In this document: piece after piece, positions 1 to 8,329 of the stretch
How the letters are laid out: each line of letters starts with the position of its first letter
Position numbering within the stretch: position 1 is the stretch's first letter
Source: an uncultured Geobacteraceae bacterium
GTDB taxonomy: Bacteria; Desulfobacterota; Desulfuromonadia; Geobacterales; Pseudopelobacteraceae
Assembly (NCBI GenBank): GCA_903852495.1
Contig: CAINRC010000058.1
Coordinates: 37,635-101,634 of the forward strand
Direction of reading: 5' to 3'
DNA length: 64,000 nucleotides
Program-made: the position numbers and the translations under genes
The notes under the pieces: generated by a model
Database searches by the model: none
The model's input: the letters and a program-made list of their open reading frames with translations, nothing else
Told to the model about the DNA's origin: nothing

Positions 1-752
1 TGCGGCGGGGTAGGTCCTTGTAGCTGGCAATGATCAGCTCGTTTTTCATGGAATGTTCCCAGCCGACCAATTCGGTAACATTTACCTGATACCCGTGTGC
101 CTCAAGCTGCAGGCAGCGCAGTACATTGGTGACCAGACTGCCGAATTCACGCGTATGCAGCGGATGTCGCCACACCTCCGTCAGGCTGCCCGAAGCAAGA
201 GCAGCGCCCTTGTTCTTGCGCAGCACAGCGGCGACTTCTGCCTGACAACAAGGTACCAGCACAATAAAGCGGGCAGTTTTCTTCAGAGCAAAAAGGATGG
301 CATCGTCCGTGGCGGTATTACAGGCGTGCAGAGCGGTAACGATATCCACGGTTTCGGGAAGCGCATCGGAATGAATCGATTCGGCAACTGACTGGTTCAG
401 GAATGACATACGCGGAAACTGGAGATGCTTTGCAAGGATGCGTGATTTTTCAACCAGATCGTCACGCGTTTCAATACCGAAAATACGGGAGTTATTATCC
501 TGATATTTGAAAAACAGGTCATACAGTATAAAGCCCAGATATGACTTACCCGCACCATGATCGACCAGCGTGATATCACTATGGTCCTGCAATACATCGT
601 TAAGTAGTGGTTCGATAAACTGATACAGGTGGTTGACCTGTTTCAGTTTTCGTCTGCTATCCTGATTCATCTTGCCGTCACGGGTGAGAATATGCAGCTC
701 TTTCAGCAGCTCTAGTGATTGTCCCGGTTTGATTTCATGTTTTTCGGTCATG
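1..752 (-). CDS. Class I SAM-dependent methyltransferase (Methyltransf_32-like); C-terminal end runs off the window
   Basis: Uninterrupted minus-strand frame from ATG at 750-752 to the window edge. It is absent from the ORF track because it is truncated. My translation is MTEKHEIKPGQSLELLKELHILTRDGKMNQDSRRKL...ITLVDHGAGKSYLGF...ALHACNTATDD, with a glycine-rich SAM-binding motif (VDHGAGKS). It lies 17 nt downstream of the regulator gene. Confidence 0.7.
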
Positions 753-769
753 GCTTGAGACACCCGGTT

Positions 770-2140
770 CTATAAATCATACTTGTCCATTTTGTAGCGG
801 AGCGTGCCGCGCGGGATCCTGAGCATGGCTGCCGTCTGCAGAACGTTGCCGCGCGTTTTTTCCAGTGCCTGACGAATGATGTTTTTTTCAAAGATTATCA
901 CCGCGTCTTCCAGGCCGGTATCAAAGGAAAACAGAGTCTCCCCGGCACTCTGCTGTACGGGAAGCGATCCACCGCACCGTATTTCCTGTGGAAGGTGTTC
1001 CGGTAGAAGCGTTGGGCCGTAGTTCATGATACAGATACGCTCTATGACGTTTCGCAGTTCACGGATGTTGCCCGGCCACTTGTACTCCTCCATTAACCGG
1101 GCTGCTTCCGGCGAAAGTGACTTGAAGTTGCGAGCGAATGAGCGGCTGAAGGTGTCAAGAAAGTAGGAGGCTATGATGCCTATATCTTCTTTGCGCTCTC
1201 GGAGTGGGGGAATATGGATGGGGAAGACATTGACACGGTAGTAGAGGTCTTCGCGGAAAGAGCCGGTAGCAATATTATCCTGTAGGTTTTGATTGGTTGC
1301 CGCCACAATACGGACATCAATATTTATATCTTTAATGCCACCAACGCGGCGGATGGTTCGTTCCTGCAGAACCCGGAGGAGCTTGGCCTGCATGGCAAGA
1401 TCCATTTCTCCAATTTCATCCAGAAACACGGTGCCGCCGTGTGCCTCCTCAAACAGGCCCGTTTTTCGCACGACAGCGTTTGTGAAGGAGCCTTTCTCGT
1501 GGCCGAAAAGCTCGCTTTCCAGCAGAGAGGCGGGAATTGAGGCACAGTTTATGGCGATAAAGGGAGCATCATGGCGGACGGAAAGATCATGAACGGCCCG
1601 GGCGATCAATTCCTTGCCGGTGCCTGACTCTCCGGTAATCAGAACAGTAGAAGGGATAGGAGCAATTCCTCTGACCTGTTCAATAACATCCAGGAACGGC
1701 TTGCTGCGGCCGATCATCGGTGTACGCCCGGGCAGACAGCTGTCGGCTCGTTTCAGGTTGCGCACTTCTCGTTTCAGGATCTGGGTTTGTAGGGCGAGCT
1801 TTACGATAACCCTCAGGGCATCTGCCTTGAACGGTTTTTTCATGTAATGGAAAGCACCCATTTTAAGCGCGTCAACGGCACTTTCAACCGACCCGAAACC
1901 GGTAATGATAATCACCAGAAGGTCAGGATCAAGTTCTTTAAGGACTTTCAGGGTATCTATGCCGTTTTCCGGGCCGAGGTTCAAATCCAGCAGTGCCAGA
2001 TCAATTTCCCCGGAAGCGACCAGTTCACTCGCTTCCAGCGTATTGGAGGCCTGACAGACCTGGTAACCGTCATCGGTTAATATCCTCGAAACGTTTTCCC
2101 GGATAAATGCTTCATCATCAATAATAAGAATTTTTTCCAT
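770..2140 (-). CDS. Sigma-54-dependent response regulator (receiver + AAA+ enhancer-binding domain + Fis-type HTH)
   Basis: 456 aa. Receiver domain (ILIIDDE...LALLDLNLGPENG...KKPF). AAA+ Walker A GESGTGKE, ESELFGHEKGSFTNA (GAFTGA-type loop variant). C-terminal HTH GNVLQTAAMLRIPRGTLRYKMDKY. Confidence 0.9.
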   Translation of the reverse strand: MEKILIIDDEAFIRENVSRILTDDGYQVCQASNTLEASELVASGEIDLALLDLNLGPENGIDTLKVLKELDPDLLVIIITGFGSVESAVDALKMGAFHYMKKPFKADALRVIVKLALQTQILKREVRNLKRADSCLPGRTPMIGRSKPFLDVIEQVRGIAPIPSTVLITGESGTGKELIARAVHDLSVRHDAPFIAINCASIPASLLESELFGHEKGSFTNAVVRKTGLFEEAHGGTVFLDEIGEMDLAMQAKLLRVLQERTIRRVGGIKDINIDVRIVAATNQNLQDNIATGSFREDLYYRVNVFPIHIPPLRERKEDIGIIASYFLDTFSRSFARNFKSLSPEAARLMEEYKWPGNIRELRNVIERICIMNYGPTLLPEHLPQEIRCGGSLPVQQSAGETLFSFDTGLEDAVIIFEKNIIRQALEKTRGNVLQTAAMLRIPRGTLRYKMDKYDL

Positions 2141-2164
2141 AGATATCGCTGTGCGCCCGTCCCT

Positions 2165-3235
2165 CTAGTTGTCAAACATCAATTTGCGTTCAAAATCCAT
2201 GGAATGTGTTAGTCGCTGGGCGTCTTTCAGAGTGATCAGATCCTGACGATAGAGTTGAAGAAGATGCATATCGAGGGTTTGCATATGGTACTGGGACGCA
2301 CCGTTTTCAATATGCTTTTCAATTTCCTCAAGGCGCCCCTCACGAATACAGGCCTGAATTGTTGTCGTCGGACGCATGATTTCAACCACCGGCAGTATAT
2401 TTTCCCCCGATTTATCCTTGATCAGCCGGATTGAAACGGTAGCAACCAGGATATCGGCCAGACGATGACGCATAATTTCCTGGGTGTCCGGCGGGAAGTG
2501 CCCGATGATCCGGTTGATCGTCGAAACAGCCCCCTGGGTATGCAGGGTAGACAATACCAGATGTCCGGTTTCAGCCGCTTTAATGCAGGAATCGATAGTG
2601 TCCTTATCCCGCATTTCACCTACCATTATGACATCTGGATCCATTCTGAGAGAAGCCTGTAGAGCAGATGCGAAGCTGTCCGTATCAACTCCAATTTCAC
2701 GCTGAACGATGCAGCTTTTTTGCGATTTAAATAAAAATTCGATTGGATCTTCAATGGTTATAATATTATAGCTAAAGCTTTCATTCAGGTATCGAAGCAT
2801 GGAGGCAAGTGTTGTCGATTTACCGTTACCGGTCGGACCGGTCACCAGTATGAGGCCGTTAGGGGACTGAATAATCTCCCCCAGAACCTGTGGCAGATTC
2901 AGATCATCAAAAGTTCCGATAACCGCCGGGATAACGCGCATGACGATGCCGAAATGCCCTCTTTGTCGAAATATGCTGACCCTGAAACGACCGCCGGACG
3001 GAAGAGAGTAGGGCGCATCACTTTCCTTGAGGTCGTTGCCCAAAGTACGGCCGTTGTGGTTCAGAACGGTTTCAGCAATGAAGCGGGTATCTGCAGGAGT
3101 AAGATCCGGCATTCTGGCGCGAACCAATTGCCCCCGTCCACGGAAAAACGGTGGATTATCCACCTCAAAGTGGAGGTCAGATACTTTTTTCTGGAATGCT
3201 ATTTCCAGAATCTGATGCAGAATGTTGATGTCCAT
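2165..3235 (-). CDS. pilT: PilT-family type IV pilus retraction-type hexameric ATPase
   Basis: 356 aa. Walker A GPTGNGKSTT, Asp box IITIEDPIEF, Walker B DVIMVGEMRD, His box TGHLVLSTLHT, PilT-like C-terminal IQACIREGR. No N-terminal regulatory domain. Confidence 0.88.
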   Translation of the reverse strand: MDINILHQILEIAFQKKVSDLHFEVDNPPFFRGRGQLVRARMPDLTPADTRFIAETVLNHNGRTLGNDLKESDAPYSLPSGGRFRVSIFRQRGHFGIVMRVIPAVIGTFDDLNLPQVLGEIIQSPNGLILVTGPTGNGKSTTLASMLRYLNESFSYNIITIEDPIEFLFKSQKSCIVQREIGVDTDSFASALQASLRMDPDVIMVGEMRDKDTIDSCIKAAETGHLVLSTLHTQGAVSTINRIIGHFPPDTQEIMRHRLADILVATVSIRLIKDKSGENILPVVEIMRPTTTIQACIREGRLEEIEKHIENGASQYHMQTLDMHLLQLYRQDLITLKDAQRLTHSMDFERKLMFDN

Positions 3236-3293
3236 CTTACCCCCAGCAGTTACCCGGTAACTGTTGAATAGCTTAAATTGTTGCGCGGCAGTG

Positions 3294-5036
3294 TTATAAA
3301 TTTTTCAGATACAGAGGGTTGTCAAGTATCGAACCGGCGCAGTGAGCCAGCGCTGCCATAAGATTAATCTGGGGTGGATACACAGGCTTAGCCCCAAAGT
3401 CTGCATAGATGACTGCAATAACCTTATCTCTGTTGATCAGTGGTAACACCATAACTTTGGGACTGCGCGGCGCACCGATCTGCTTGTACAGTAGATCGGT
3501 CAGCACTAAATCGCTTCGTTGCCCAAAATACTGCATATGTTTTTTTATAACGTCCTGAAAAACCGACTGTTTATCAAGAGGAAGTTTAAACATGAGCGGT
3601 GGTGAAGGTCCATCTATCTTTTCAGAGGTAATACCGATGGATTTTTCTGCGATCAATTCGGTATTAGCAACTACCAGAGTTAAGGCCCGTTCGAACTGAA
3701 GTGCAGCGAAGCGGAGCAGTACCAGGGTAATTTCGGGTGGAGTGGTGCGTGACTTCAACTGACTGAGCGCCGCTATGAAGTCAGGGTTCAGGTCAGTCGG
3801 TGGTTGAGGGGTAATTGCTTTGAGATATTCACCAGCCAGGGGTATGAATTTAATAATATCGGATACGTATGAAGTTTTATGGCAGTTTCCACACGGGCGG
3901 GGAATCAGTGATTGTCCGCCTGCAACGAGTGCAGCCATACCGTTGGTGCGCCAGAAATGGTTGCAGGCTGCAAAAACGATTGAAATACTGGGGTAGGCAG
4001 CAGTTTTCTGGCGCACTAGAGCGAGCGAAGCTGTTCCAGCATCTCCATGAGGAATATCAATAATCAGTACGGGGTGCAGATCTCTGCTGAGAGATTGCTC
4101 TATAACCGTGTCCAGGCCGGCTTCTTCATCTGAAGAAAACATGAACAGGTTGATCTGTTTACAGAGAGTTGAAAGTGCATGGGAAAACAGTTCATTTTGC
4201 GTCAGCAGAACAACAGCCGTAACCGGCAGAGCGAGGCCAGTTGCTGCTGGCGTAGAAATAGTTACAAGAAAATTTACCAATTGCTCTTGCTGGTCAATGG
4301 TCATCTCCGGAAGCGCACGGGTTACAGCACGTCGGTGCTCGGCCACAGGGTCATGGTCCTTAAGGCCGATAAAAACCTCCGGGATTTTATGGGATATTTC
4401 ATCGAGCGAAGCAAGCCCGAGCAGCTCAGCTGTTATATCCGCAGAAGCCAGGCCTGAGGAAGGGGAGGGGACACCGGCTTGGTCAGTAAAGAAAAGGTCG
4501 TATAGAGACCCGTCACGCAGTTTTTCATCGTAAATACGGAGTGATTCCAGCAGAATACTCTGGGCGTTTAGTAAAAACTCCTGCTGCAGTTTTTCCGGGA
4601 AATATCGATATTCATCAGAAATGTTCATATCTGAAACATCAAGGGAGAACGAACCACTAGTCCAGGTAAGTACCTCGACAATCGTCATCTCAATAAGCTT
4701 TTCCAACCCCTTAAAGGCTGTCACTTTGTCGATCAAGCCCTGTTCAATCAAAGTTGCAATAAGCGGTTTACGATTCTTACCGGCGTTCCTCTGCTCTGTC
4801 AGCGCCTGGTTGAGTGTTTCTACCGAGATGGCTTCCATATCGACTAGAACTTTACCGATGCGGACACTGTTATTCAGATGATTAGCACTGACAAAAAAAC
4901 CATCTCGAAAGACGAGCTGGCTTTCTCCTTTGGGGTTTTGTAAATGCAGAACCCCGGATTTTCCGGTCATATGCAGGAGTTGAATGACATCAACCAGCGG
5001 AATATGTTCAAGATCACCGTTAAATGACATATACAA
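3294..5036 (-). CDS. DUF4388/PATAN-domain protein with T2SSE_N/MshEN-like helical repeat, a degenerate receiver-like middle region and a GAF-like C-terminus
   Basis: 580 aa. The N-terminus GDLEHIPLVDVIQLLHMTGKSGVLHLQNPKGESQLVFRDGFFVSA is the PatA-N (DUF4388) signature. It is followed by RIGKVLVDMEAISVETLNQALTEQ...PLIATLIEQGLIDKVTAFKGLEKL. Calls for the middle and C-terminal domains are inference from sequence patterns only. Confidence 0.7.
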   Translation of the reverse strand: MYMSFNGDLEHIPLVDVIQLLHMTGKSGVLHLQNPKGESQLVFRDGFFVSANHLNNSVRIGKVLVDMEAISVETLNQALTEQRNAGKNRKPLIATLIEQGLIDKVTAFKGLEKLIEMTIVEVLTWTSGSFSLDVSDMNISDEYRYFPEKLQQEFLLNAQSILLESLRIYDEKLRDGSLYDLFFTDQAGVPSPSSGLASADITAELLGLASLDEISHKIPEVFIGLKDHDPVAEHRRAVTRALPEMTIDQQEQLVNFLVTISTPAATGLALPVTAVVLLTQNELFSHALSTLCKQINLFMFSSDEEAGLDTVIEQSLSRDLHPVLIIDIPHGDAGTASLALVRQKTAAYPSISIVFAACNHFWRTNGMAALVAGGQSLIPRPCGNCHKTSYVSDIIKFIPLAGEYLKAITPQPPTDLNPDFIAALSQLKSRTTPPEITLVLLRFAALQFERALTLVVANTELIAEKSIGITSEKIDGPSPPLMFKLPLDKQSVFQDVIKKHMQYFGQRSDLVLTDLLYKQIGAPRSPKVMVLPLINRDKVIAVIYADFGAKPVYPPQINLMAALAHCAGSILDNPLYLKNL

Positions 5037-5094
5037 TCCTTGTTCCCAGTTTGATTCCGCTGTTAGTGACTCTATTCATCTAGTACCCTATAAC

Positions 5095-5129
5095 ATTTAA
5101 AAGTTCCCCCGCCCCTTGCGGGAGGGGAA
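5095..5129 (-). terminator. Rho-independent terminator candidate after aguB (inside repeat copy A)
   Basis: Minus strand TTCCCC-TCC-CGC-AAGGG-GCG-GGGGAA hairpin followed by CTTTTAAAT. Confidence 0.55.
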
Positions 5130-5188
5130 GCTAACAGCAAAGACTGGTAGGACAACACTGCGAAAGTTTAAATGTTACAGCGTACTAG
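5097..5188 (-). repeat. About 92-nt intergenic repeat, copy A (3'-UTR/terminator cassette); second copy at 48431-48522
   Basis: Ungapped hand alignment with 48431-48522. Near-identical blocks are CTAGTAC(G/T)CTGTAA and CTTTGCTGTTAGCTTCCCCTCCCGCAA(G/A)GGGCGGGGG(A/G)ACTTTT on the minus strand. 18 of 32 positions in the central part are identical. Confidence 0.7.
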
Positions 5189-6069
5189 TCCCTGAACCGT
5201 TTCAATAAATCGCCGTATTCATCAATCCTTCTGTCGCGCAGGAAAGGCCAGATGCGGCGCACCCGCTCGCTTCGTTCACGGTCAATTTCAACCAGCAGAA
5301 CTTCTTCATTTTCCTGGGGGGCAATGGCAAGTATCTCACCTTGCGGTCCGGCGGCAAAACTGCCGCCCCAGAATTTGATACCGGTATCCGGGTTCTGCGG
5401 CGAGCTTTCAAAGCCGACCCGGTTGACCGCCAGAAGCGGCAGCCCGTTAGCAACTGCGTGTCCTCGCTGTACCGTACACCAGGCATCATACTGTCGCCGC
5501 TGCTCCTCGACCGTGTCTTCAGGATCCCAGCCAATGGCGGTCGGGTAGATTAGCAGGTCGGCACCGGCCAGTGCCATCAGTCTGGCGGCTTCTGGGTACC
5601 ATTGATCCCAGCAGACAAGTACTCCAAGCGTTCCAACCGAGGTTTTGATCGGATTAAAGCCAATGTCTCCGGGGGTAAAATAGAATTTCTCATAAAAACC
5701 GGGGTCGTCAGGAATATGCATCTTCCGGTACGTGCCGGCAATGGTTCCGTCTTTTTCAAATACCACCGCCGTATTGTGATACAGACCAGCCGCACGGCGT
5801 TCAAACAGTGATGCAACGAGAACAATACCCAGTTCTTTCGCAATAATTCCGAGTACTTCTGTTGATGGGCCGGGGATTGGTTCCGCAAGATCAAACAGGG
5901 CAGGGGACTCAACCTGGCAGAAATACGTGGAAGTGTGCAATTCCTGAAGAGCAACAAGCTCTGCTCCGGATGCCGCTGCCTTGCGAATCAGTGCCGCTGA
6001 TTTGGCAAGATTATCAGCTCTAACATCGGTGCAACTCTGCTGAATCAGAGCAACTTTAAGCAAATTCAT
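5185..6069 (-). CDS. aguB: N-carbamoylputrescine amidase (carbon-nitrogen hydrolase family)
   Basis: KMHIPDDPGFYEKFYFTPGD and catalytic-Cys block GVLVCWDQWYPEAAR. The start is placed at internal MNLLKVALIQQ (ATG 6067-6069), giving an ATGA overlap with the aguA stop. The ORF-track start at 6141 would overlap aguA by 76 nt. Confidence 0.85.
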   Translation of the reverse strand: MNLLKVALIQQSCTDVRADNLAKSAALIRKAAASGAELVALQELHTSTYFCQVESPALFDLAEPIPGPSTEVLGIIAKELGIVLVASLFERRAAGLYHNTAVVFEKDGTIAGTYRKMHIPDDPGFYEKFYFTPGDIGFNPIKTSVGTLGVLVCWDQWYPEAARLMALAGADLLIYPTAIGWDPEDTVEEQRRQYDAWCTVQRGHAVANGLPLLAVNRVGFESSPQNPDTGIKFWGGSFAAGPQGEILAIAPQENEEVLLVEIDRERSERVRRIWPFLRDRRIDEYGDLLKRFRD

Positions 6070-7091
6070 GCCAAAACCCCCTGGGGGAGCTGCATGGTGA
6101 CACAGTGAAGTGATCCATGCTGTTCCAGGAGTGAAAGACAATCGATGCCGATAGTTTCACGTCCCGGAAACGCCTGGGCAATACGCTCCAAAGCGGTGCT
6201 GTCATTTTCAGGATCTCGATAGGTCGGCACCAGCACCGCACCGTTGATGATTAAAAAATTAGCATAGGTTGCCGGCAGTCGATGGGCCTGTTCATCGAAT
6301 CGCGCCTTGGGCCACGGCAGTGCAATCAGGCGGTAGGGGGAGCCATCCGGTGCAGTAAAAGACGTAAGCTCACGCTCCATGAGTTTCAACTGCTCAAAAT
6401 GCTCGTCGAGCGGGTTATCGCACCCTTGATATATGATCGTATTATTCGGACAGAAGCGGGCCAGGGTATCAACGTGTGAGTCGGTATCATCACCGGCCAG
6501 GCCGCCATGATCAAGCCAGAGTACTCGTTTAGCGCCTACGAGCGACGCCAGAGCCTGCTCAATCTCGCTCTTGGTAAGCTGAGGATTGCGGTTTGGTGAC
6601 AGGAGGCAATCCGAGGTGGTCAAAATCGTCCCCAGGCCGTCACTTTCGATACTGCCGCCTTCCATGATCAACCCGATTGTGTTCAAATTGGGTAGGAGCA
6701 CCCCAAGGTTTTTCAGGTGTTTGGAAATAAGGTTGTCATAGTTTGCCGGAAACTTGAGCCCCCAGCCGTTGAAACCAAAGTCCAGAAGGGTCGGCTTGTT
6801 GTTGAATAAGACGGTAATAGGCCCGAAATCCCGAGCCCAGGTATCATTATTCTGGATTTCACAGATGGTCACCTTGGAAAGATCGACGCCGGCTTTGACA
6901 AGGTATTCGGCTGCCGATACTGCGTAAGGGGCGGTGAGCAGCACCCGCTCAAAGCGGCTGATATGCTTGATTATTTCAGCGAACACCGGTTTTATGTCAT
7001 CAAGCATATAGGCCCAGTCCGTGCCTTCGTGTGGCCAGGACATCAATATTCCGTCCTGAATTTCCCATTCGGCTGGTAATCGTGGATTCAC
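6066..7091 (-). CDS. aguA: Agmatine deiminase
   Basis: 341 aa of the peptidyl-arginine/agmatine deiminase family (WPHEGTDW, DTWARDFGP, DSHVDTLARF, C-terminal catalytic GSLHCVTMQ). GTG start with GGAGA 9 nt upstream. Confidence 0.9.
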   Translation of the reverse strand: MNPRLPAEWEIQDGILMSWPHEGTDWAYMLDDIKPVFAEIIKHISRFERVLLTAPYAVSAAEYLVKAGVDLSKVTICEIQNNDTWARDFGPITVLFNNKPTLLDFGFNGWGLKFPANYDNLISKHLKNLGVLLPNLNTIGLIMEGGSIESDGLGTILTTSDCLLSPNRNPQLTKSEIEQALASLVGAKRVLWLDHGGLAGDDTDSHVDTLARFCPNNTIIYQGCDNPLDEHFEQLKLMERELTSFTAPDGSPYRLIALPWPKARFDEQAHRLPATYANFLIINGAVLVPTYRDPENDSTALERIAQAFPGRETIGIDCLSLLEQHGSLHCVTMQLPQGVLA

Positions 7092-7457
7092 AGTAGTATC
7101 TCCATTAGTCTCAAATATATATTGTGTTTTATGGTGCAGCTTGTGTCTAGTTGTCCCTGGGCGGAAGTATAGACCATTTAACTGCTGCCTTGCAAGAATT
7201 GACGTAGCGGCTATTAGCTCTGACGCTTATGTCTGGTTCATTGAATTTATAATAGTGAGCCTTGGGGGAGGACGGTAATCTTGTATGTGTATCGTGACCC
7301 ATAAACCGGCTATATACACCGCCTCTCTTCGTACTTGACATAATATATCTTATGGGACAATTGTCGGTAACCGTACAAATTAGCTTGCATTTCCAGGGCA
7401 CTATCAGTAATGTGACCCATCCGTTCGAAACGTATTACAGAGGAGCAGGTCAAGCGT

Positions 7458-7676
7458 ATGAGTAAAGAAGAAGCGATTGAAGTTGAAGGAACCGTTATTG
7501 AGCCGTTACCAAATGCAATGTTCCGTGTCAAGCTGGAGAACGAACATGTCGTGCTCGCCCATATCTCAGGTAAGATGCGCAAATACTTTATCAAGATTCT
7601 CCCCGGCGACAAAGTTACCGTAGAGCTTTCCCCGTACGATCTCACAAGAGGCCGTATTACCTACCGCGCCAAGTAA
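7458..7676 (+). CDS. infA: Translation initiation factor IF-1
   Basis: 72 aa. [42 protein letters not shown]...ITYR is near-canonical IF-1. RBS AGAGGAG lies upstream. Confidence 0.97.
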   Translation: MSKEEAIEVEGTVIEPLPNAMFRVKLENEHVVLAHISGKMRKYFIKILPGDKVTVELSPYDLTRGRITYRAK

Positions 7677-7761
7677 ACTGAAGTCTATTTGATTGACCAA
7701 GTACAGGCCCGTCCATTCTGGAGGGCTTGTGTTGTTTCAAAATACACTCTGCGAGGAATAC

Positions 7762-8325
7762 ATGTATAGCGTAGCTGACCTTAAAAAAGGATTGAAGATA
7801 ACCCTGGATGGTGACCCGTATCTGGTAGTGGCTTTTGATTTTGTTAAACCGGGTAAAGGCCAGGCACTGTACCGCACCAAGATGCGCAACATGATTAACG
7901 GCACACTGCTTGACAGAACCTATCGTTCCGGCGAAACGTTTGAGCCTGCAAGTCTTGAAGAACGCCAGATGGAGTATCTGTACAAGGAAGGTGACCATTA
8001 TACGTTTATGGATCAGCAGACCTATGAACAGGTTGTCATGGAGGAAGAGACCCTTGGTGACGCCAAAAACTACCTTCTTGAAAACCTCAAGGCTGAAGTC
8101 ATGCTCTTTGGTGAAAAAGCTATCGGTATTTCTCTGCCGAACTTTGTAAACCTGCGCGTAACTGCAACAGAGCAGTGGGCCAAAGGTGACACCAGCGGCA
8201 ACGACTCCAAGCCGGCTACCGTTGAAACCGGTTACGTCCTGCGTGTCCCCCCTTTCATAGAAGAAGGTGAACTTATCGTGATTGACACCCGTACCGGCGA
8301 GTATTCCACCCGCGTAAAGGGCTGA
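7762..8325 (+). CDS. efp: Elongation factor P (Lys-type, KPGKGQA loop)
   Basis: Start moved to MYSVADLKKG (ATG 7762, GAGGAA RBS). The ORF-track extension upstream has no EF-P homology. It contains the VKPGKGQALYRTKMRN loop with the modifiable Lys. Confidence 0.95.
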   Translation: MYSVADLKKGLKITLDGDPYLVVAFDFVKPGKGQALYRTKMRNMINGTLLDRTYRSGETFEPASLEERQMEYLYKEGDHYTFMDQQTYEQVVMEEETLGDAKNYLLENLKAEVMLFGEKAIGISLPNFVNLRVTATEQWAKGDTSGNDSKPATVETGYVLRVPPFIEEGELIVIDTRTGEYSTRVKG

Positions 8326-8329
8326 ATAT

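Noticed and set aside
53-597. Track ORFs 53-391 (+) and 397-597 (-)
   Set aside because: A single longer minus-strand frame (1-752) with a SAM-binding motif explains the region. It was missed by the track only because it is truncated by the window edge.
7092-7300. Guanidine (ykkC-type) or other riboswitch in the aguA leader
   Set aside because: I could not find the conserved ykkC, mini-ykkC (ACGR loops) or ykkC-III cores on the minus strand. It is left as an unexplained long leader only.
7147-7401. 84-aa minus-strand ORF in the aguA-infA intergenic region
   Set aside because: No RBS, Cys/Arg/Ser-rich junk-like composition, and no homology recognisable by eye.
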